Source: a virus
Lineage: Duplodnaviria; Heunggongvirae; Uroviricota; Caudoviricetes
DNA length: 23,513 nt
Reading direction: 5' to 3' (one strand)
IMG/VR virus record: IMGVR_UViG_2690315815_000002
Position numbers and translations under genes: made by a program
Shown here: positions 17,449-23,513 of the stretch, one piece after another
Position numbering within the stretch: the first letter of the stretch is position 1
Layout: the number at the start of each line of letters is the position of its first letter
The notes under the pieces: model-generated
What the model saw: the letters and a program-made list of their open reading frames with translations, nothing else
Told to the model about the DNA's origin: nothing
Databases searched by the model: none

Positions 17449-17478
17449 AAAAAAACCACCTGCCAGGGTGGTTTTTTT
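17449..17478. terminator. bidirectional rho-independent terminator
   Basis: A-run (17449-17455), CCACC-TGCCAG-GGTGG hairpin, T-run (17472-17478). Confidence 0.65.
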
Positions 17479-17738
17479 GCGCCCGTCATCAATCCGATGA
17501 AAGACTAGCAAGACTTCGCTCGAGATGAATTATGCTTCGACATAAAGTCACTCGCAATGGTTTTATTAACCGAAATAGATGCTCTTTTATGACTCGAATC
17601 AAATAGCTGCCTTCAATTACATGCTAACGATTCAATACAATTTAGCCTTCTGATTCAACACGCTATTGCTCCTCATCTACCTTAGAGGTGCTTCGCATAA
17701 TCCATTCAAAGACATATAAAATCACGCTGTATTTTTAC

Positions 17739-20015
17739 TCAAATGGGTAACAAAAATCCCGGCCAATCATCAGCGACCTGATAAGTGAAAGGTTTCCCGT
17801 CATAATTTACGGTCGCGCCACGCGCCAGCGCCTCAAGCTCCCATCGTTGCGGCCTGATACCGTTCTGAGCGAGATCAACGCGGATACGGGTAATTTGCAA
17901 TCGTTCCGACCGGGTCAGTCTGGCCGATGGTGCAATTTCATGCGGTTTTAACGGGCTTCCGTTTCTTTGCTGACGGTTTGGCGTTCTCCGGTCGTGTTTT
18001 AATGCGCCCCTGAGCGCCCTCACGACCTCCGGGTCATTCCATTCGATAACATCGTCATCAACCAGATTAAGCACTGCTGCGGCGTGCTCAGAAGGTGTGG
18101 GAGCCGGTAACGAAGTATCACCACCGGTGAGCTTTCCACAGTTATTGACAGGACTCCGAGGCGCGGCGATGCCGCTTTTTAAAGTCAAAGGCTCAACGAC
18201 CGGAACTTTCGGCACAATGCGCCAGTCCGTCGTTCTGGTGATATGAATATGACGCGCGCCGAGATGCGGCGCGTAAATGCCGACCACCCTCTCGACCTCT
18301 TCCTCGTACTCGTTAACGTCATCCGACGGGCTACGGGCGACCCTGACAGTCTGACAATCGCGCGGGACATTTGCCCCACCCTGCGCGCTGATATACAACG
18401 CAAAATCACCACTGTCTGCGGCGGCGCGTGCAGCCTCGACGCGCTCGTCAAACTCATCAGCAATGCTGACGCCGCGCGGCAATTTGCGTAGTTCACGGTA
18501 AGCCCCCATTGTCGGCAGACCAACCGTTTTAAATTGCGGGATGCGCCACGTTGACGCCCATGCGGTAACAGCCGCAGCAGTGTCTTTCAGCGGCCTGCCG
18601 GTATCGTTATCGAGCTGACCATCCAGTGCATAGCCGTCGATGTTTTTTGAGATGTATTTCGCGATATACCCCGCAGCACCGCCCCGGTTAAGGTGTTTTG
18701 CCTGAAAACGGTTTCGCGCGGCTCCTCTTTCGTCGCCATCCTCTTTGAGCGCATAGCGACGCATGATTTCGATAATCTGGTTACGCTGGCGCGGATTACA
18801 AAAAAGCATCATATGCCAGTGCGGCGTTCCGTCGTGGTGTGGCTCGACGACACGCAAACCGTAGACCTGTAAATCATTATCCTTGAATGCCGTGCGCATC
18901 AGGCTCCAGATACGGCAGAGATAACGCTGCGCATCCTTTGGATTAAATGCCTCATCGTTCCAGCCGTGATTTAGCTGGACGGTTTTACTTTCGCCTTTTC
19001 TGACCTGACGTGTCGGGTGATACTTTGACGGCGCGGTCAGCGTGATAAACATCCCCACATCACCCTCTGCTGCGGCGTAACGCTCAATACCGGCAATGGT
19101 GTTCATCAGCTCCATCCGGCGAATTTCAGGATTAGAAATACTGCCCATCACCTTACTGATAAGGTCGATGCGCTCGCCGGTTTCCCTGTTTTCGAGATCA
19201 CACGATTTAAGAAATTCCAGATTTGCCTGGCGGCGTGCACGCACATCACGAATGGCATGTTTACTGGCATAAGGAGAACGGTCTTTATTGACCTCCCCGA
19301 CAGCAATCAGTAACGCCTCATGCCAGCGCATACGCTGGCCTTTAAGCTGATGGGTCCACCACTCATCGTTAAACAGACGGGCAATGGCAGAATATGCCTG
19401 CCTCGTGGTCATCTGCCCTTTACGGTATTTTTTCCAGTAGAGAGGGGAAATATTGAAAGCACGTGCAGCACCAGCAACATGACCATAGAGGTGAGCCTGC
19501 GCCTCATCCGTAAACAGCGATTCTTTTTCGCCATGCGCATCCACCCAGGCATCGCAGAGTTCCTCATACATCATGAAAAGCTGCGATGAGATACGGGCGG
19601 CAAACTTTTTCAGCTCCTTGTCATTCATCCCCGGCAGACGCGCATAATGGCCACGCTCTGCCAGAAACAGCAACGACGCGTCGGTGTTCATTTCATGGCG
19701 CTGATTCACACGCTCAATGCGCGGCCATAAACGACGCTGAAAAGTGGATGTGAGAAAATAAAACCCGTGCACCGGGCTTTTATTGCGCCGGATGTAGTCA
19801 TAGCGTGAAGTAAACAGCGAGCGCAAAAAGTAAGGCAGGCGGTTAATCGTGGATAAAACCCCTTGCACCTGACGCATCTCGTCACGTGTAAGGGGTCTTT
19901 CGCGCCCGACAGCCTCGCGTGGCGCGTTCCATGCATAAGCACCGGTAAACGCCTTACCGGTGCCTGCGGCAAATGCTGACGGAGGGACAAAACGCCCGGA
20001 GGCTTTAACGGCCAT
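17739..20015 (-). CDS. A: replication initiation protein A (gpA, rolling-circle nickase)
   Basis: ORF 17739..20057 recognisable as P2 gpA; ATG start chosen at MAVKASGRFVPPSAF (the longer track ORF begins at a TTG). Confidence 0.9.
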   Translation of the reverse strand: MAVKASGRFVPPSAFAAGTGKAFTGAYAWNAPREAVGRERPLTRDEMRQVQGVLSTINRLPYFLRSLFTSRYDYIRRNKSPVHGFYFLTSTFQRRLWPRIERVNQRHEMNTDASLLFLAERGHYARLPGMNDKELKKFAARISSQLFMMYEELCDAWVDAHGEKESLFTDEAQAHLYGHVAGAARAFNISPLYWKKYRKGQMTTRQAYSAIARLFNDEWWTHQLKGQRMRWHEALLIAVGEVNKDRSPYASKHAIRDVRARRQANLEFLKSCDLENRETGERIDLISKVMGSISNPEIRRMELMNTIAGIERYAAAEGDVGMFITLTAPSKYHPTRQVRKGESKTVQLNHGWNDEAFNPKDAQRYLCRIWSLMRTAFKDNDLQVYGLRVVEPHHDGTPHWHMMLFCNPRQRNQIIEIMRRYALKEDGDERGAARNRFQAKHLNRGGAAGYIAKYISKNIDGYALDGQLDNDTGRPLKDTAAAVTAWASTWRIPQFKTVGLPTMGAYRELRKLPRGVSIADEFDERVEAARAAADSGDFALYISAQGGANVPRDCQTVRVARSPSDDVNEYEEEVERVVGIYAPHLGARHIHITRTTDWRIVPKVPVVEPLTLKSGIAAPRSPVNNCGKLTGGDTSLPAPTPSEHAAAVLNLVDDDVIEWNDPEVVRALRGALKHDRRTPNRQQRNGSPLKPHEIAPSARLTRSERLQITRIRVDLAQNGIRPQRWELEALARGATVNYDGKPFTYQVADDWPGFLLPI

Positions 20016-20280
20016 ATGAGCCAAAAGCCTCTGAACAACGCTTGCTGAGTTGCTCAACCTGCACGTTTAAATCAGCAAAAGACTTTGCGCTTCCGGTCAG
20101 AATATCGTGATGCATCAGGCCGGAAACGAGCTGGCTTAATTTCGGGTAATAACCAACCACCGACAGCCATTCCTGACCGGCGTTTTTACCGCTTTCCGCT
20201 CTCTTTTTCTCGTGGAGAATAAACTGAAAGCTGTCACTGGTAACGACATAACGTTCGCCAATTTCAATACGAATACTCAT
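20005..20280 (-). CDS. hypothetical early protein (P2 orf83 position)
   Basis: 91-aa ORF in the small-ORF block between B and A; stop overlaps the A start region. Confidence 0.7.
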   Translation of the reverse strand: MSIRIEIGERYVVTSDSFQFILHEKKRAESGKNAGQEWLSVVGYYPKLSQLVSGLMHHDILTGSAKSFADLNVQVEQLSKRCSEAFGSYGR

Positions 20281-20501
20281 GCCGTTCTCCGGTAATGTTT
20301 GTTTTTTGCTTCAAAGACTGACTGACAGGAAACACAACGCGTGGCTGACGGATAAGCCGCACGACGGGCAGCAGGTATTGGCGCGTCACACTCTTCGCAA
20401 ACCAGCGCAGAAGCACCGCAATGTTTTACCCTTGCCGCGTTAATCTGGCGCTCCAGTAATTCAGTCTGTTGTTCCTGAATAAAATCTACGTTGTCCGGCA
20501 T
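20277..20501 (-). CDS. TraR/DksA-family C4 zinc-finger protein (P2 orf82 position)
   Basis: 74-aa ORF with CxxC...CxxC arrangement (CEECDAPIP...CVSCQ). Confidence 0.75.
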   Translation of the reverse strand: MPDNVDFIQEQQTELLERQINAARVKHCGASALVCEECDAPIPAARRAAYPSATRCVSCQSVFEAKNKHYRRTA

Positions 20502-20503
20502 TA

Positions 20504-20806
20504 TCAGCTCCTTTTATCGTTAAGTTTCCTGGATACATCAGCGCAATAACTGGCAAGTTCTGTCGTTAATTTTGTCAGTTCATCCACGGAGGAAATTTGC
20601 TTGTGGAATACAGCGCGTTTAACAAGTAAATTGACCACATCAGACAGGAGGTTTAATTCATTCTGATAAATCGCGATAACAGATTCAGTGATGTCGCGTT
20701 TTTCTTTATCAAGACAAAGTTGAATAAGAGACAAATCGCCATTTTTCATAACGGCGATTTTTAAGGCGTTATTCAGTAATACAACTGAATGAGAACAGGA
20801 CATCAA
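20504..20806 (-). CDS. hypothetical early protein (P2 orf81 position)
   Basis: 100-aa ORF, tightly packed with neighbours. Confidence 0.7.
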   Translation of the reverse strand: MMSCSHSVVLLNNALKIAVMKNGDLSLIQLCLDKEKRDITESVIAIYQNELNLLSDVVNLLVKRAVFHKQISSVDELTKLTTELASYCADVSRKLNDKRS

Positions 20807-21027
20807 AGCACCTCCCCGCGAGACAATCCGATATTGTGAAATTTTTCCGACTCCTGACTGAGCAGCTCGACTATCTCCACGCGGGATAACTCCGCCTTTG
20901 TGATATGGCGAATCATGGCGTCAAGATGAGAAAAAAAGCGCGTCGCAGCGTCGGCCTGTGCTTCGGTTCTGGCCTGTTGCAGCAGTAATGCGTATTTACC
21001 GCACTGATTTTCAGAAACTGTATGCAT
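20803..21027 (-). CDS. hypothetical early protein (P2 orf80 position)
   Basis: 74-aa ORF, 4-bp overlap with the downstream ORF. Confidence 0.7.
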   Translation of the reverse strand: MHTVSENQCGKYALLLQQARTEAQADAATRFFSHLDAMIRHITKAELSRVEIVELLSQESEKFHNIGLSRGEVL

Positions 21028-21090
21028 GACTTTCTCCAGGCAAAAAGAAGCCCCGCACGATTAAGTGCGTTAAAAACTCTGGTTAATTAT

Positions 21091-21591
21091 TTAATGCAAA
21101 TATTGCTCTGGTTTTACCGACGTCAGAATTGTCGGTGCATACTCAAACAGACTGAATAGTTCACGTAATGCACGGAATAAAGCATCACGCCAGTAACATG
21201 ATTCTTCATTAATTCGCCAGTATGGCTGGTTGAATTCTTTTTCAGTCAATCCGGCATGCATAAATAAAGTACGACGCTGACTGACTGTTAAAAAACTAAT
21301 ATATGCATACTCACTTGCGCCAACCTGACGGCGTTTTGAGAATGCCCCACGCAATTCATCAATTGCACAAACCAGCCGTTCACGTTCGACGTCGTTCATT
21401 TCTTCAAAACGCATCGTTGCGTGACGTTGTTTTAACTGCGCATGAAAGCAAACTGTTAGCCGTTCGCGCTCCATCATCTGATTATAATAATCACATGTAT
21501 CCTGCCAACGAGGGACGGCAAGATGCTTACCAATTATCCGGCGCATAGCTGCTGGCTGTTTTTCGACGAGATTGAGCGTCATCACTGTCAT
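21091..21591 (-). CDS. B: replication protein B (gpB)
   Basis: 166-aa ORF recognisable as P2 gpB. Confidence 0.88.
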   Translation of the reverse strand: MTVMTLNLVEKQPAAMRRIIGKHLAVPRWQDTCDYYNQMMERERLTVCFHAQLKQRHATMRFEEMNDVERERLVCAIDELRGAFSKRRQVGASEYAYISFLTVSQRRTLFMHAGLTEKEFNQPYWRINEESCYWRDALFRALRELFSLFEYAPTILTSVKPEQYLH

Positions 21592-21785
21592 TTCCAGACC
21601 CTCCGGCTTTTCAGAAAGGTCAGAGCCTTTTTTAACGGACTCTGTTTTTTGGTGCGGATAATGATTCCCTTGCGACCCTTCCCGTGGGTGATGGTGAAGT
21701 CAATCGCCCTGGGGCTTTCGTTACGCAATAACTGAGCAATACAACGCGGCTCATTCATAATCACAACCCCATCCACAAAAGCCAT
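21588..21785 (-). CDS. hypothetical early protein (P2 orf78 position); start uncertain
   Basis: 65-aa ORF between cox and B; the track start overlaps the cox 3' end, so an internal start (MNEPRC) is possible. Confidence 0.55.
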   Translation of the reverse strand: MAFVDGVVIMNEPRCIAQLLRNESPRAIDFTITHGKGRKGIIIRTKKQSPLKKALTFLKSRRVWK

Positions 21786-22033
21786 GCATCACGCTGTTCA
21801 ACCGGTCGGTTATAAAACGCCTCACGTACAGCGCGATTAAACTCAGGAATGAAAACCCATTTTTCACCGGCACGAGCCTTCGGTTTGCAAGGATCACGCA
21901 ATTCAATAATTGGTAATTTATTTGCCTTCACCATTTCACTGACGGCTGTCTTTGGCTTCCCTAATAAATCAGCAAATTTATCCACATGAACCGCATCAAG
22001 CGGATACTGAATCACATAATTTTCAGCGTCCAT
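21761..22033 (-). CDS. cox: Cox-like excisionase / early transcription regulator
   Basis: ORF 21761..22048; start taken at MDAENYVIQYPLD; shares motifs with P2 Cox (GEKWV, RDAWLLWMGL); divergent from C. Confidence 0.8.
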   Translation of the reverse strand: MDAENYVIQYPLDAVHVDKFADLLGKPKTAVSEMVKANKLPIIELRDPCKPKARAGEKWVFIPEFNRAVREAFYNRPVEQRDAWLLWMGL

Positions 22034-22110
22034 ATATGGTACCCTCATAGGATCCAGCCCTTTCTAAACCACTCAAAACCGTTTAGACGCTGGTTTATTC
22101 TCAAATCAAT

Positions 22111-22158
22111 GGAACCTATATAGGTTCCAGTTTTGAGGGAATTTAGTCCCTATATAGG
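22111..22158. promoter_or_regulatory. putative operator repeats of the C/cox genetic switch
   Basis: Perfect 18-bp palindrome GGAACCTATATAGGTTCC (22111-22128) and a second CCTATATAGG copy (22149-22158) 34 bp away, in the cox-C intergenic region. Confidence 0.4.
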
Positions 22159-22169
22159 CACCATGTCAA

Positions 22170-22463
22170 ATGAAATTAAGCGAAAAGATTAAGGCCTTGC
22201 GTGAGGCTGAAGGGCTAAGCCAATCAAAATTCTGTGAAATCATAGAGTTACCGCTAAGCACACTTAAAAAATATGAAGGAGGAAACTTTGAACCCGGTGG
22301 CACAGCTTTGCTAAAAATCACTATGCATCCCACATTCCAAAAATATGCTCTATGGCTTATGACAGATAAAACCGCGCCGGACGCAGGACAAATCGCACCG
22401 GCTCTCGCGCACATTGGGCCAGAGTCAACAGAGTCCAACCACTCCACGAAAAGGATTGGCTAA
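22170..22463 (+). CDS. C: immunity repressor C (P2 C-type)
   Basis: 97-aa ORF; C-terminal half (TFQKYALWLMTDKTAPDAGQIAPALAHIGPEST) resembles P2 C; located between cox and int. Confidence 0.85.
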   Translation: MKLSEKIKALREAEGLSQSKFCEIIELPLSTLKKYEGGNFEPGGTALLKITMHPTFQKYALWLMTDKTAPDAGQIAPALAHIGPESTESNHSTKRIG

Positions 22464-22532
22464 CTCTATATAAAGATTACATTTTCACCATTTGCTACCA
22501 AGATGGTGAATACAGCGCCGGAGGGCTTTCTT

Positions 22533-23513
22533 ATGGCAATTAAGAAGCTCGATGATGGTCGCTATGAAGTGGACATTAGACCTCGCGGTCGCGACGGAAA
22601 ACGCATCCGCAGGAAATTCGAAAGAAAAGCTGAAGCACTAGCATTTGAGCGATACACAATCGCCAATGCCAGTCAGAAAGAATGGGGAGGCCAGCGAGCA
22701 GACCGCCGGACTTTGAGTGAGTTGCTGGACATCTGGTGGAAATATCACGGGCAAAACCACGAGCATGGAACAAAAGAGTTTAATCATCTACTCAAAACCA
22801 TCAGCGGCATAGGTGATATACCAGTGAGCAGGATGAGCAAAAGGGCTTTGATGGATTATCGTTCCATGCGACTACGTGATGGTATCAGTGCCGCAACGAT
22901 AAACCGTGACATGTACAGATTATCCGGCATGTTCACAAAATTAATTCAATTGGATGAATTTTCCGGGCAACACCCAATTCACGGACTGCCGCCACTGGCG
23001 GAGGCCAACCCTGAAATGACGTTCCTGGAAAAAGCAGAAATCGAAAAACTGTTAAATGTTTTGGCTGGTGATGACTTACTTGTCGCGCTTTTATGTCTGA
23101 GCACTGGAGGAAGATGGACGGAAGTTGCCACGCTAAAACCAGCACAGATTACAAATTGCAGGGTTACCTTCCTGAAAACCAAAAACGGTAAAAAGCGAAC
23201 CGTGCCGATTTCTGAGGAACTGGAGAAAAAAGTTAAAGAGGAGGCCAGCGCCAAATTATTCAAAGTTGATTATGAGAAATTTTGCGGGATTTTACGCAGA
23301 GTGAAACCTGATATACCACCCAATCAGGCAACCCACATCCTGCGGCATACATTCGCAAGCCATTTCATGATGAACGGGGGCAATATAATCGCACTGCAAC
23401 AGATTCTGGGACATGCGAGCATTCAGCAGACGATGGCCTATGCGCACCTTGCGCCTGACTATCTGCAAAATGCCGTCGCTCTGAATCCACTAAAAGGCGG
23501 AGTGACGTTATAA
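22533..23513 (+). CDS. int: tyrosine integrase (P2 Int-like)
   Basis: Start at MAIKKLDDGRYEVDIRPRGRDGKRIRRKF within ORF 22503..23513; C-terminal catalytic motifs (HILRHTFASH..., LGHASIQQTMAYAHL) present; stop at the window end. Confidence 0.9.
   Translation: MAIKKLDDGRYEVDIRPRGRDGKRIRRKFERKAEALAFERYTIANASQKEWGGQRADRRTLSELLDIWWKYHGQNHEHGTKEFNHLLKTISGIGDIPVSRMSKRALMDYRSMRLRDGISAATINRDMYRLSGMFTKLIQLDEFSGQHPIHGLPPLAEANPEMTFLEKAEIEKLLNVLAGDDLLVALLCLSTGGRWTEVATLKPAQITNCRVTFLKTKNGKKRTVPISEELEKKVKEEASAKLFKVDYEKFCGILRRVKPDIPPNQATHILRHTFASHFMMNGGNIIALQQILGHASIQQTMAYAHLAPDYLQNAVALNPLKGGVTL

Larger units (their letters stand above)
1..23513. mobile_element. P2-like (Peduovirus-type) prophage; window runs from inside tail gene J to the stop codon of int
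   Basis: Colinear proteins recognisable as P2 gpJ, W, V, S, R, LysC, LysB, LysA, K, Y, X, L, M, N, O, P, Q, A, B, Cox, C and Int, in P2 order with P2-like gene overlaps; exact P2 cos sequence present. Confidence 0.93.

Noticed and set aside
20016-20057. N-terminal extension of gene A (MSNSASVVQRLLAH) in the track ORF
   Set aside because: The extension begins at a TTG codon; the ATG at 20013-20015 gives the P2-like N-terminus MAVKASGRF, so the shorter form was annotated.
1-23513. Search for tRNA, rRNA or CRISPR arrays
   Set aside because: No cloverleaf-compatible segments, rRNA-like conserved blocks or regularly spaced repeat-spacer arrays were seen by eye; a tRNA attachment site would be expected just beyond the window, after int.

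Overview
The window is almost entirely a P2-like (Peduovirus-type) temperate prophage. On the minus strand lie baseplate/tail genes J-W-V, tail completion S/R, the lysis cassette (lysC/lysB/lysA/K/Y), X and head genes L-M-N-O. Terminase P and portal Q are on the plus strand, followed by the 19-nt cos site, an AT-rich accessory island where P2 carries tin/old, then replication gene A, four small early ORFs, B, cox (minus) and C repressor plus integrase (plus). The window ends at the int stop codon. Three things stand out. (1) The cos-to-A hotspot carries cargo I cannot assign to a named family: a 313-aa protein with an R-x4-H (HEPN-like) motif, and an orphan ImmA/IrrE-type (M78, HELGH) metallopeptidase followed by a 2-TM membrane protein across an intrinsic terminator that abuts the downstream start codon. 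This is the best candidate for an undescribed anti-phage or abortive-infection module. (2) A 2581-bp IS21-family element (istA/istB) with 8-bp terminal inverted repeats and a perfect 5-bp CCATT target duplication sits exactly at the start codon of scaffold gene O, separating O-N-M-L from its original upstream region. (3) The reading frames of J, W, V, S and a small AT-rich membrane ORF, all in the first 2.7 kb, are broken by single-base-type indels, either real decay of the tail module or sequence errors near a contig edge. No rRNA, tRNA or CRISPR array was seen. Family assignments rest on my recollection of P2 protein sequences and visible motifs; no database search was run.
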